A stretch of 64,000 bases of DNA, taken from Malacoraja senta. Its lineage: Eukaryota. Positions 1 to 12,592 of the stretch are shown here, piece by piece. The DNA lies in the NCBI GenBank assembly GCA_038087875.1, contig JAXLNO010000079.1, positions 186,001-250,000 of the forward strand, in the 5' to 3' direction. A model generated the notes under the pieces. That model made no database searches, was not told where the DNA came from, and saw only the letters and a program-made list of their open reading frames with translations. Position 1 is the stretch's first letter. Each line of letters begins with the position of its first letter. Both the position numbers and the translations under genes were made by a program.

Positions 1-156
1 CTAAACCATCAGCTGCCCCCACCCCCACCCCCACCCCCACAGTTGCCCCCGCCCCCGCCCCCACCGCGACCTCCACCCCCACCCCCACAGTTGCCCCCGC
101 CCCCACCGCGACCTCCACCCCCTCCCCCACCCCCCGCTCCACGACAGCGCTCTCAG

Positions 157-250
157 ACCCACCTCGCCGCCGCCAGGCCGCTCACCGGAAGTGCCTCCCT
201 AGCAACGGTCGGCAGCACCGACCACAGATCCTATAGCGGATCCACTACAA
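157..250 (-). promoter_or_regulatory. Candidate promoter / non-coding first exon of a leftward-transcribed gene
   Basis: CpG-rich patch with ETS-like CCGGAAGTG (185-193) and RFX half-site-like CTAGCAAC. Two minus-strand donor-like sites (CCG|GTGAGC ~185, GAG|GTGGGT ~162) are followed by G-runs, as in slc12a9 intron 1. Confidence 0.35.
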
Positions 251-299
251 CAACGTCTGTCGTAAAGTGTCTCAGCGCGGTCCCTCGGCCCGGGCGGGG

Positions 300-512
300 G
301 AGAGAGCAGTACTAGCCCTTCATGAGGGGGGAGCAATACTAGCCCTTCATGAGGGGGGAGAGAGAGCGGTACTAGCCCTTCATGAGGGGGGAGCAATACT
401 AGCCCTTTCATGAGGGGAGAGAGAGAGCGGTACTAGCCCTTCATGAGGGGGGAGCAATACTAGCCCTTTCATGAGGGGAAGAGAGAGAGCGGTACCAGAG
501 CCTTCATGAGGG
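300..512. repeat. Minisatellite, ~27-34 bp units with core TACTAGCCCTTCATGAGGGGG
   Basis: About 7 tandem copies visible directly. Confidence 0.85.
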
Positions 513-929
513 AGGGGAGGGGAGGGGAGGGGAGGGGAGAAAGCAGTATTGTCACATGTGACAAGACACAGTGAAATTCTTTGCTTGCATACCCAAGTTA
601 TGCAAATAGCGTCCACCTACGGTTCTGACGGTTGCAAAAGTATCTCCCCCCTTTCGGTGGTCACCCCACGCCCTCATCAACCAGAGGTCGATCCGCAAGG
701 CCCCACCGTCACCGCGAGGCTCCACCATCACCTGCCGAGGCCCCATCTGCCGAGGCCCCACCACCACCAGGGAGAGCTAGCTGGCAAGATAGAGAATTGG
801 AAGCAAGTAGAGGGTGGTGGTGGTGGTGGACAGTTGCTTATCGGACTAAAAGCCAATGACTAGCGATGTGCTTTAATGATCAATGCTGGACTATTTACCC
901 ATTGCTATTTGTAGCTTATAGCTATGATT

Positions 930-2850
930 CAGAGGAGAATGTATGGTATGATTAGTAAGTTTGCAGATGATATTAAAGTAAGTGGTATAAACAAGATGTT
1001 GATCAGCAGCGCGTGAGCCGAGGAATAGATAACGGAATTTAATGCAGGTAAGTGTGAGATGCTACATTTTGGGAAGTCAAACCAGGGCAGGGCCATTCAA
1101 GGTGAATGGTCGGGGTCTGATCTTGGAATACAGGTACATAGTTTCAGGCAATCGCCTCCCTCTGCGTGGGGAAAATGGACTTTGTCCCACACGTCTCCTT
1201 TAAACTTTGCACCTCTCACGTTGTCCTTCGTTGTCTGGAAGTTGAAAGCTTATATTTCAATTCAATTCAATTCAATTTTATTTGTCTTTTGGACAAATTT
1301 GTCATTTGGACCCCTTGAGGTCCAAACGAAATGTCGTTTCTGCAGCCATACAATACAAAACGAAGAAGACCCGAGACACAACACAATTTACACATCCATC
1401 CATCACAACGCTGTGATGGAAGGCAAAAAAAAACGTATCTCTCCACTGCACTCCCCCCCCCCCCCCCCATGTCAGAGTCAAAGTCAAAGCCCCCGGCGGG
1501 CAATGGTGATTATCCCGCGGCCATTAAAGCCACGCCGGGTGATGCAAGGTCGCGCACCGGGTCTTGGTGTTAGAGCCCCGGCGCGCGCTCGCAAAGTTCG
1601 GCGGCCATTCCAAGCCGCGCGGGGGGATAAAGCCCCGCTCCAGGTGCTCTTCAACCCCGCAACTCGGGCGGGAGAAGTCGCCGCTGCGGAAGCCCCGAAA
1701 AGCGGTCTCCCACCAGGGGACCCGCGGGCTTCCAGTGTTGCCGTCCGCCAGACCCGCGGTTGTAGCCTCCGAATCTCCGGCGGTCGGGTCGCAGCAGCGC
1801 TCCACCACAGCTCCACCCGCTCCAGACTCGGCCAGCCCCGTGATGGTGAGTAGTCCGCAGCTCCACAACTGGAGCCCCAGGTCGCTTCTGCTGGAGGCCG
1901 CTCCATGTTGCCCAGCCCCAACGACAACGGAGACCCGACAAAGAAAAGGTCGGGTCTCCCGTGCAGGGGAAAGATTTCAAAGTTTCCCCCCCCACCCCCC
2001 CACACACATACCCCGACAAAAAAATAATAAAAACTACACAAAAACGAGACAAAAATAATAAAAAGACAGACGGACTGCAGAGGCCGCTGCTGACGAGAGT
2101 CGCGCTGCCCACCGTACAAGACGTTGGTGAGGCCACATTTTAAGTATTGTGTCCCATTTTGAGTATAGGTCACGCAGTTATAGGAAGTATATTGTTAAGC
2201 TGGAATGAGTGCCGAGAAGATTTTCAAGGATTGTGCCAGGAATTAAGAGCCTGAGCTATAGGGAGAGATTTGGCTGGCTAGGACTTAATTCCTCAGAGCG
2301 CAGGAGGCTGAGGGATGATCTTATAAAATGTGTAGGAAACAACTGCAGATGCTGGTTTAAATCGAAGGTAGACACAAAAGGTCTGAGGAAGGGTGTCCAC
2401 CCGAAACGTCACCCATTCCTTCCCTCCAGAGATGCTGCCTGACCCACTGAGTTACTCCAGCATTTTGTGTCTACCGATGATCTTATAAAGGTGTATAAAA
2501 TCATGAGGGGAATAGAGAGGATGAATGCAGAATCTTTTACCCAGAGTTGCGGAATTAAGAACCAGTGGATATAGGTTTAAGGTTAGAAGGACAAGATTTA
2601 ATAAGAACCTGAGGGAGATTATTTCACTTGGAGGGCATTGGGTACATGGAACGAACTGCCACAGGAGGTAGTTGAGGCAGCTTGTATAATGGCATTTAAA
2701 ATACATTTGGAAATGTACATGGATAGAAAAGGTGTAGATGAATATGGCCAAATGCAGCAAACGGATCGAGCTTAGTTGGGGCATCCAGATCGGCATGGTG
2801 GAATTTAGCCAAAGGGCCTGTTTCTGTGCTGCATGACTCCACGACCATGC
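930..2850 (+). mobile_element. Degenerate CR1 LINE 3' remnant, interrupted by younger insertions
   Basis: FADD-like, KCEMLHFG and LxRPH-EYCV-like remnants; 3' UTR similar to other CR1 copies in the window. Confidence 0.75.
1256..2114 (-). mobile_element. GC-rich non-autonomous retroposon with Rex1-like 3' tail (copy A)
   Basis: Near-identical inverted copy at 38425-39307 with the same 5' end; AATAAA plus (ATTGA)n tail; splits a CR1 remnant. Confidence 0.8.
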
Positions 2851-3409
2851 TGGTACAGAACTCCTGATTCCAGAGGAGGAAGTTGAGGCCATGTTGTGGA
2901 CATGCTTCTGCAAAATGTAGTAATGCTCCATGTGAAACCAAGTATTTTTTCAATGATCCCATCCTCTCCCCCAGTACCTCTTCATGTCAGAAGTGAGGAC
3001 TGTAAATTTGCGTGCATAGCACCATGTGTGGTTGAGAACACATGCTTCACTCCTGCAACATACTATTGATTGCTATTTCACAAAATGGGCTGCACGGTAC
3101 TAAAACTTCTTCACATATCTGTCCACAAAAATAGTCACATAGTTGATAAATTACTGAACTACAATGTTTATGTACCCACAATATATTTTAATCCCACCAC
3201 AGTTGGTGAATTTAAATTCACATAGTTCAGTAAGCCTGAATTCTTTTTAAATTTGCACAACTATCCGTGAAAAGACTTGAATGTGATCAAAAAACCATGT
3301 GTGTTATGGCGATCATTTAAGGAAAGAAATCTTCCATTGTAGATTGTCGATCCATTGTAGATTACTTGCTCTGACCCATGTTTAAACTCAGACCTGGATA
3401 TGGTTAAAT

Positions 3410-4545
3410 GTTTTTATTTATTTATCTTTATTTATTTAATTCTTTATTTCAAACAGAATAAAAGAATAAAAAGCAAGTGTGAAACAGCATACAAAAAACA
3501 AAAACAAAAAAACAAGAATATTTATAAAGTGTCATAAACAATATTTATAAATAAATGAAATCGTATGTGTCCGAAAAGGAGTACGAAGCCAAAGCTTATT
3601 AATTCCCACCCCTTATTCATTGAATAATTCAACTGCTTATAATTATCTTATACAAATTTAGAAAGCTATAAACACCTATTTCCATATGAACACCAAATTA
3701 TTTACATTTATACACTAATCAAATATTTACAAAGCCATACAAAGAGAGAAAAAAAAGAAAAGAAAAAACCCTCATATACTATACAATATCTCTTAGTCAT
3801 ATATACAACCCATCACCCTATAATCACCCTTCCCAATACAATCAGTATAACAAATATCCCACTCAAAATCACCTATCCTCATCCCAATATCCTTTAAAAA
3901 AAGTGTTTTTGTACATCTTTTTAAACTGAATTATGTTTGTGCAAAGTTTTATCTCCTGTTCCAGACCATTCCACAAATTCACCCCACAGATTGCTATGCA
4001 CATACTTTTAAGAGTTGTTCTGACATTGAGTTTTTTAAAATTAAGTTCCCCTCTCAAATTAGACCCACCCTGTCTTTCCATAGGTACACAAAAATGCTGG
4101 AGAAACTCAGCGGGTGCAACAGCATCTATGGAACGAAGGAAATAGGCAACATTTCGGGCCGAAACCCTGTCTTTCCATAAACAGTTTTTGTATATTTCCT
4201 GGAAGTAAATTATTTCTTGCTTTGTACATGATTTGTGCAGTCTTAAATTTAACCAGATCGGTGAACTTCAGTGTATGTGACTTTAAGAATATTAAATTGG
4301 TATGTTCAAGATATCCAATGTTATTGATAATTCTTATTGCTCTTTTTTGTAATGTGCATAACGGCTATAGGTTGGTTATGTAGGTGTTACCCCATATCTC
4401 CACACCGTAACTCAGATATGGCGATATGAGTGTATTATACAGAGTATGTAATGATTTGTGGTCCAGAATGTATCTTGATTTTCCCAATATTGCTATAGAC
4501 TTCGCCAGTTTTGCTTTGACATGGTTTATATGTGGTTTCCAGCAG
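3410..4545 (-). mobile_element. 3' fragment of a CR1-group LINE (Crack/Daphne-like)
   Basis: ORF end ..CGVNLWNGLEQEIKLCTNIIQFKKMYK.. is typical of the C-terminus of CR1-group ORF2; A/T-rich simple tail at ~3410-3450. Clade is tentative. Confidence 0.6.
4083..4163 (-). mobile_element. Short Penelope-terminus-derived insertion with 16-bp target duplication
   Basis: ACCCTGTCTTTCCATA at 4067-4082 and 4164-4179 flanks a unit matching 32495-32567 and 41721-41786. Confidence 0.75.
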
Positions 4546-6439
4546 ATTAGGAAGGAACTGCAGATGCTGGTTTAAACCGAAGATAGACACAAAATGGAGT
4601 AAGGTCTGAAGAAAGGTCTCGACCCAAAACATCACCCATTTCTTCTCTCCAGAGATGCTGCCTGTCCCACTGAGTTACTCCAGCTTTTTGTGTCTACCTT
4701 ATGGTTAAATGTTAACCGCCACCTCATTCAGGGGTAACTTTGAATATACAATATTGGCTTTACCACTAACATCAACGTCCCTTGAATGAATACATGGAGA
4801 AAATGGTGATGGAGCAGGAATGCTGTATATCCTTTTCCATTTTATGCATAAACGTAAGAGCTTGTATAAGCAGTACCTCCTGAGTGATCAACATGCCTCA
4901 AAATGCTTTGTAGCCTTGATTCCTTTGTAAGCAATTACAGGATCAAAATTGCACCCAATATCTTATAAGATGAAGTCCAAAACTGTACAATGGAGTTCAT
5001 CATAAATCTTGTTAGGTTGTATATTACCTTGTGGCTTTTATGTACTGGTCCTTTTATAAAAAATCTAAAATTCCATTATTTTTGTTAATACAATCTCATC
5101 AATTTGAGATGGTGCCTCCAACTTTTTGTGAACATATATCCCCAAACAGTTCTCTTTCCCAACAGAGCCTGTTTCCACAGTCAATACAGTTACTGCTGGC
5201 TTCCAATTATCAACATGCATTCCCTCTAGGTCTGTTTCTAAATGGTCAATCTGCACAAAGAATGTAATCTGAGATGTTATCACCATTTACCAATCACACC
5301 AATGAATACAAGTAATCATTATTTGTAATCCCTGCATTCAATATTTAATATAGTTTCCTATTCCCAATTCTATATCTTTGTTTGAAAACTTGTTCAAAGA
5401 ATTCTATTCCCTTTTCCAATTAACTCCCTCCCAGTTCCAATCAACAACTAAAATCTTCCAGAAAGATCATTTTGTTGCTTTTGCTCATCTCAAAATCTAG
5501 CTGGCTATTTTATTCAAGATTATTTAAAATATACATAGTAGAAATGGCATTTGACAAAAAATTCCTAAGAGTATTTATTTTCCATTTGAGCCTCGTCTAA
5601 CACTGATAAGTTTCTTTACTCTCTCACTCACAAGCTCCACCTAACATACATTTACACTTTTTACCAGTTTCCCCCTCTGATAGTGATTCTTACTACGCAA
5701 GGTAAAGCAGTTTCTTCAGGGTTTCCTCTTTTGATCTATTGGAAATATCTTAAATCAATGCCCGCTAACTTTCATCTGTGATATGCTGTGAACACTCAGT
5801 AGGTCAGGCAGCATGACCAGTGAGGGAAGAAGGGACCAGTGAGGTTTACACCAAAGGTAAACACAAAATGCTGGAATAACTCAGCGGGACAAGCAGCATC
5901 TCTGGATAGGAGTGGGTGACGTTTTGGGTCGAGACCCTTCTTCAGATTCTTTTTAATCCAGTAGGACAGGAGCAAGCAGAAAAAATGGGTCTGCCAGGGG
6001 TTGGATTTTGGGGAGAAGATAAAACCGGGCACCATCAAGAAGGCACGTCATCCGTCTGATAAAAAACACTCATCACTGGCTTGAATGAGGTCGGTTCCAA
6101 CACTCAAGAAACTGGACACAATCTAAGACAAAAGAAACTTGCTTGAAAAGTGACAACTCGCTTGACTACCTCTACCAGGCTTGCAGCTTGTCCCATACAC
6201 TAAACACACTACACATACTCACCAAAGCTACACCATGTCCTCCAGTAAATGGTAGGAGCCCGGGGAATGTTGTAGAACAGAGGTATCTAGGATAAAGGTC
6301 AGTTCTACTAGACGTCAATGAGGTCACACTTGGAATACTGCGTTAAGTTTTATTCACCCTGTTACAGAAAGGATGTCATTAAGATGGAAAGAGTGCATGT
6401 AGGGGAATCAAAAACAAGAGGACATATGTTAAGAGGTGC

Positions 6440-7372
6440 AATAGACAATAAGTGCAGGAGTAGGCCATTCAGCCCTTCGAGCCAGCACCGCCATTCGATG
6501 TGATCATGGCTGATCATCCCCAATCAGTACCCCGTTCTTGCCTTCTCCCCACACCCCCTGACTCCGCTATCTTTAAGAGCCCTATCTAGCTCTCTTGAAA
6601 GTATCCAGAGAACCGGCCTCCACCGCCCTCTGAGGCAGAGAATTCCACAGACCCACAACTCTCTGTGTGAAAAAGTGTTTCCTCATCTCCGTTCGAAATG
6701 GCTTACCCCTTATTCTTAAACAGTGGCCCCCGGTTCTGGACTCCCCCAACATCGGGAACATGTTTCCTGCCTCTAGCGTGTCCAAACCCTTAATAATCTT
6801 ATATGTTTCAATAAGATTCCCTCTCATCCTTCTAAACTCCAGAGTATACAAGCCCAGCCGCTCCATTCTCTCAGCATATGACAGTCCCGCCATCCCGGGT
6901 ATTAACCTCGTGAACCTACGCTGCACTCCCTCAATAGCAAGAATATCCTTCTTCAAATTTGGAGATAAAAACTGCACACAATACTCCAGGTGTGGTCTCA
7001 CTAGGGCCCTATACAACTGCAGAAGGACCTCTTTGCTCCTATACTCAACTCCTCTTGTTATGAAGGTCAACATGCCATTCTCTTTCACTGCCTGCTGTAC
7101 CTGCATGCTTACTTTCATTGACTGATGAACAAGGACCCCCCAGATCCCATTGTACTTCCCCTTTTCCAAAATTGACACCATTTAAATAATCTGCCTTCCT
7201 GTTTTTGCTACCAAAGTGGATAACCTCACATTTATCCACATTAAACTGCATCTGCCCACTCACCAACCTGTCCAAGTCACCCTGCATCCTCATAGCATCC
7301 TCCTCACAGTTCACACTGCCACCCAGCTTTGTGTCATCTGCAAATTTGCTAATGTTACTTTGAATCCCTTTA
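6440..7372 (-). mobile_element. CR1 LINE 3' fragment
   Basis: ORFs 7045-7380 (SKFADDTKLGG) and 6582-7181 ([26 protein letters not shown]). Confidence 0.9.
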
Positions 7373-7375
7373 TCT

Positions 7376-7730
7376 ATCAAGAGTCAAGTCAAGAGTTTAT
7401 TGTCATGTGTCCCTGATAGGACAATGAAATTCTTGCTTTGCTTCAGCACAACAGAACATAGTAGGCATGAATACAGAACAGATCAGTGTGTCCATATACC
7501 ATTCTATAAATATATACATACATGAATAATTAAACAGATAAGGTGCAACTAAACAGATAATGTGCTATTAATGTTCAGAGTTTTGTCCAAGCCGAGTTTA
7601 ATAGCCTGATGGCTGTGGGTAAGTCGCTATTCCTGAACCTGGTCGTTGCAGTCTTCAGGCTCCTGTACCTTCTACCTGAAGGTAGCGAGGAGATGAGCGT
7701 GTGGCCAGGATGGTGTGGGTCCTTGATGAT
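7376..7730 (-). mobile_element. Rex1/Babar LINE 3' end
   Basis: Reverse complement matches the 3' end and (CTTGA)n tail of the Rex1 copy at 45300-45612. Confidence 0.75.
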
Positions 7731-8109
7731 GATGTTATATTATGAACCTGAAGGGCAACTTTTTCCACTCAGAGAGTGGTGAATATATGGAACGAGATAC
7801 CAGAAGAGGTTGTTAGGGAAGATAATATTAAGGCATTTAAAAGACCAGATACATGGATATGAAAGGTTCAGAAGGATATGGGCCAAAGATGGCCAAACCT
7901 TGGTCATAATGGATGTGTTGGGCCAAAGGGCCTGTTACCCTGTTGTGTGACATCTACCATCAAACCATAAGAGTAGTTGCGTCGACATGGAACAAAGTGT
8001 CTTGTGCAGAGCTACAGCAACAGAACCTGAAAAGACATAGCTAGTATTACTCACCCCGAGAAAACCAAAGTGGATATGAAGCAGAATTTACCTTAAAGCA
8101 TTATTGCAA

Positions 8110-8300
8110 TAGCCAAGTGTCGCCATACGCTTGCGCTCTGTCTGCCACGGCTTGCTTGAGCTCCCAGCTGCTTCATTTTTAACTCTCCATTCCCACAATG
8201 ACCTTTCTGTTCTGGGTCTCCTCCATCGCCAAAGTGAGGTCACACAAACTGAAGGATTCTGTTTGGGTAGTTTACAACCCAATGGTATGAACTGTACTGA
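8110..8300 (+). mobile_element. Penelope-like GIY-YIG remnant
   Basis: Similar to 55480-55670 (HSHNDLSVLGLLH..LGSLQPNGMN). Confidence 0.7.
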
Positions 8301-8331
8301 CAAGGAAAGTTTACAAAGAAACAGTGCTGGA

Positions 8332-11300
8332 GGTAGTTTGCCTCCCTGGTGCCAGGGTCAGGGATGTGTCTGAACGCGTCCAAGATATCCTGAAATCGGA
8401 GGGAGAGGAGCCTGAGGTTGTGGTACATATAGGTACCAATGATATAGGTAGAAAAAGAGAAGAGGTCCTGAAAGGAGAATTTAGGGAGTTGGGAGGAGAG
8501 TTAAGGAGAAGGACCGCAAAGGTAACAATCTCAGGATTACTGCCTGTGCCACGCAACGGTGAGAGTAGGAATGGAATGAGGTGGAGGATAAATGCGTGGC
8601 TGAGGAACTGGTGCAGCGGGCAGGGATTCAAATTTCTGGATCATTGGGACCTCTTTTGGGGAAGGTGTGACCTGTACAGAAAGGACGGGTTGCACGTGAA
8701 CCCGAGGGGGACCAATATCCTGGCGGGGAGATTTGCAAAGGCTACTGGGGAGACTTTAAACTAGAACGGTTGGGGGGGGTTGACTCAAATAGAGAAAGCT
8801 AGTGGAAAATGTGGGAGGCAGGAGGCAGAGAAGGGAAGCACTCGGACCCAAAATGTAGGGGAGAAAGAAGAAAAAAAAGATAATAAACAGAGAATAAGTG
8901 GTGGTGGGTTTCTTAAATGTGTATATTTTAATGCTAGGAGCATTGTAAGAAAGGTGGATGAGCTTAGAGCCTGGATTGACACCTGGAAGTATGATGTTGT
9001 GGCGATCAGTGAAACATGGTTGCAGGAGGGCTGTGATTGGAAACTAAATATTCCAGGATTTCGTTGCTTCAGGGGTGATAGAATTGGAGGGGCAAGAGGT
9101 GGGGGTGTTGCATTGCTTGTCAATGAAGATATTACAGCAGTGCTTTGGCAGGATAGATTAGAGGGCTCGTCTAGGGAGGCTATTTGGGTGGAACTGAGAA
9201 ATGGGAAAGGTGTAGCAACACTTATAGGGGTGTATTATAGACCGCCAAATGGGGATCGAGAATTGGAAGAGCAAATATGTAAGGAGATAGCAGATATTAG
9301 TAGTAAGCACAAGGTAGTGATTGTGGGAGATTTCAATTTTCCACACATAGACTGGGAAACACATTCTGTAAAGGGCTGGATGGTTTGGAGTTTGTAAAAT
9401 GTGTGCAGGATAGTTTTTTGCAGCAATACATAGAGGTACCTACTAGAGAAGGGGCAGTGCTGGACCTCCTGTTAGGAAATGAGACAGGGCAGGTGGCGGA
9501 GGTATGCGTCGGGGAGCACTTCGGGTCCAGTGATCACAATACCATTAGTTTCAATATAATTATGGAGAGGGTCAGAACTGGACCTAGGGTTGAGATTTTT
9601 GATTGGAGAAAGGCTAACTTTGAGGAGATGCGAAAGGATTTAAAAGGAGTGAATTGGGACATGTTGGTTTATGGGAAGGATGTAGAAGAAAAATGGAGGA
9701 CATTTAAGGGTGAAATTTTAAGAGTACAGAATCTTTATGTCCCTGTTCGGTTGAATGGAAATAGTAAAAATTGGAAAGAGCCATGGTTTTCAAGGGAAAT
9801 TGGACACGGTTCGGAAAAAGAGAGAGATCTACAATAATTATAGTCAGCATGGAGTAAATGAGGTGCTTGAGGAGTATAAAGAATGTAAAAAGAATATTAA
9901 GAAAGAAATTAGAAAAGCTAAAAGAAGATATGAGGTTGCTTTGGCAAGTAAGGTGAAAGTAAATCCAAAGGGTTTCTACAGCTATATTAATAGCAAAAGG
10001 ATAACAAGGAATAAAATTGGTCCATTAGAGAGGCAGAGTGGACAGCTATCTGCAGAGCCAAAAGAGATGGGGGAGATATTGAACAATTTCTTTTCTTCGG
10101 TATTCACGAAGGAGAGGGATGTGAGGTAAGGGAAACGAGCAGAGTAGCAATGGAAACTGTGAGATTCAAAGAAGAGGAGGTGCGGACACTTTTGAAAAAT
10201 ATGAAAACGGATAAGTCTCCAGGTCCTGACAGGATATTCCCTAGGACATTGAGGGAAGTTAGTGTAGAAATAGCAGGGGCTATGACAGAAATATTTCAAA
10301 TGTCATTAGAAACGGGAATAGTGCCGGAGGATTGGCGTACTGCGCATGTTGTTCCGTTGTTTAAAAAGGGTTCTAAGAGTAAACCTAGCAATTATAGACC
10401 TGTTAGTTTGACGTCAGTGGTGGGCAAATTAATGGAAAGGATACTTAAAGATAATATATATAAGCATCTGGATAAGCAGGTTCTGATTAGGAACAGTCAA
10501 CATGGATTTGTGCCTGGAAGGTCATGCTTGACTAATCTTCTTGAATTTATCGAAGAGGTTACTAGGGAAATTGATGAGGGTTAAGCAGTGGATGTTGTCT
10601 ATATGGACTTCAGCAAGGCCTTTGACAAGGTTCCTCATGGAAGGTTGGTTAAGAAGATTCAATTGTTGGGTATTAATGGTGGAGTAGCAAGATGGATTCA
10701 ACAGTGGCTGAATGGGAGATGCCAGAGAGTAATGGTGGATGGCTGTTTGTCAGGTTGGAGGCCGGTGACTAGTGGGGTGCCTCAGGGGTCTGTGTTGGGT
10801 CCACTGTTGTTTGTCATGGGATGTAATGTTAAAATTGTACAAGGCATTGGTGAGGCCAATTCTGGAGTATGGAGTACAATTTTGGTCGCCTAATTATAGG
10901 AAGGATGTCAACAAAATAGAGAGAGTACAGAGGAGATTTACTAGAATGTTGCCTGGGTTTCAGCAACTAAGTTACAGAGAAAGGTTGAACAAGTTAGGTC
11001 TTTATTCTTTGGAGCGCAGAAGGTTAAGAGGGGACTTGATAAAGATCTTTAAAATTATGAGCGGGTTAGACAGAGTGGACGTGGATAAGCTTTTCCCATT
11101 GAGAGTAGGGAAGATTCAAACAAGGGGACATGACTTGAGAATTAAGGGACAGAAGTTTAGGGGTAACATTAGGGGGAACTTCTTTACTCAGAGAGTGGTA
11201 GTTGTGTGGAATGAGCTTCCAGTGGAAGTGGTGGAGGCAGGTTCGATGTTATCCTTTAAAAATAGATTGGATGGGTATATGGACGGGAAAGGAATTGAGG

Positions 11301-11425
11301 GTTATGGTCTGAGTGCAGGTAGATGGGACTAGGGGGAAGTAAATTAAAAAAATTACTTCCGTGTTCGGCACGGACTTGAAGGGCCGAGATGGCCTGTTTC
11401 AGTGCTGTTATGGTTATATGGTTAT
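8332..11425 (+). mobile_element. CR1 LINE, 5'-truncated, frameshifted and internally deleted sibling of 34157-37743
   Basis: Esterase ORF1 fragment 8324-8764, then APE/RT fragments. A 374-bp deletion at 10818/10819 removes YADD. Confidence 0.95.
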
Positions 11426-12592
11426 AACCCCCCCACCTCCCGAGTGGAGATAATGGGCAACTCAATGATTGCAATGCCATTAAATCAGATGGTTAAGTGT
11501 CTCGACCCGATGCTTCCCTCCACAGATGCTGCCTGTCCCGTTGAGTTACTCCAGCTTTTTGTGTCTATGTTGGGTTTAAACCTGCAGCTCCTTCCAACAC
11601 ATTGTGTCAATTCACCTCATCTGCCGGGGTTTACCCACACCTTGCATGGCCGTCCGAAGGGGGGGTGCGTTGGGTGCGATCGCACCCCCCTTTTTCCCCC
11701 CAGAGTAAGAAAAAATCACGAGGAAAAAAAAATTTGGAGCGCAATCAGCGTTTCCACTTTGACGGAAATTACCCGAAATTCAGGTTCCGGCCCGCTGGAT
11801 GATTTGGGTGGGGGGGGGGGGGGGGAATTGCAACCATCCGCGCCTGCGCAGTTGGGGGAAGCCGGTGACGCAGTAACAACGCAAAATGATGCTGTCACTC
11901 CGCGCGTGCGCAGTGGGCCCGGGCTGGATCAGATCGCCATTTGCACTCCACACAATCGTAGATCGCCTCGATGCCTTGTGTCTACTCTGGGTAAGTAGTG
12001 GAATATTGCATTGCTGGAGGGGTGTTTTTTATCCTGGGTGGCAAACTACCCGCGAGGGGTCTAATCTGGCCCGCGGGATGATTTGGGGAAAAAAGGAGTG
12101 CCCATTTCTCTTGGGGGGGGCGGGGCTGCGGTGTCTGCCCACACGGTCCATCGCCTCCCCCGACGCCGGGCCCACGACACCACACCCCCCCCCCCGCTGG
12201 GGCCACGCCACCCCGCTGGCCCCACGCGTTTCTTCCCCCCCCCTGCAGACCCTCGCCCCCCCCGCCGTGGACCCTCGCCTCCCCACTGCGGACCCTCGCC
12301 TCTCCCCCCCTCGCCACGGGCCCTCGCCTCTCCCCTCCCCCCCCCCCCGCGGGCCCTCGCCTCACCCCCCCCCCGCCGCGGGCCCTCCAATGCTGTGTGG
12401 GAGGGAGAAAGGAGAAAGAGGGGGGAATGTGAGAGGGGGAGGGAGGGGAGGGGGAGAGAGAGAGGGGAAGGAGGGGAGGGGAGAGAGAGGTGGGGAGAGG
12501 GAAAGGGGGATTATCTTTAGTGATATTGCAAAATTAAGGTAGGTTTTAGAGCTATTATATTTTCTCCTCCATATGAAAAATATCAAACAATA

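Noticed and set aside
43..315. Proline-rich ORF
   Set aside because: Low-complexity C-runs with a non-ATG start.
1059..2173. 160-260 aa ORFs over the GC-rich retroposon (also 38303-39353, 49615-50277)
   Set aside because: Open in several frames on both strands because of high GC; no recognisable domain; frames not kept between subfamilies.
10810..10825. 374-bp CR1 deletion as a spliced-out intron
   Set aside because: Boundaries show TG microhomology, not GT..AG.
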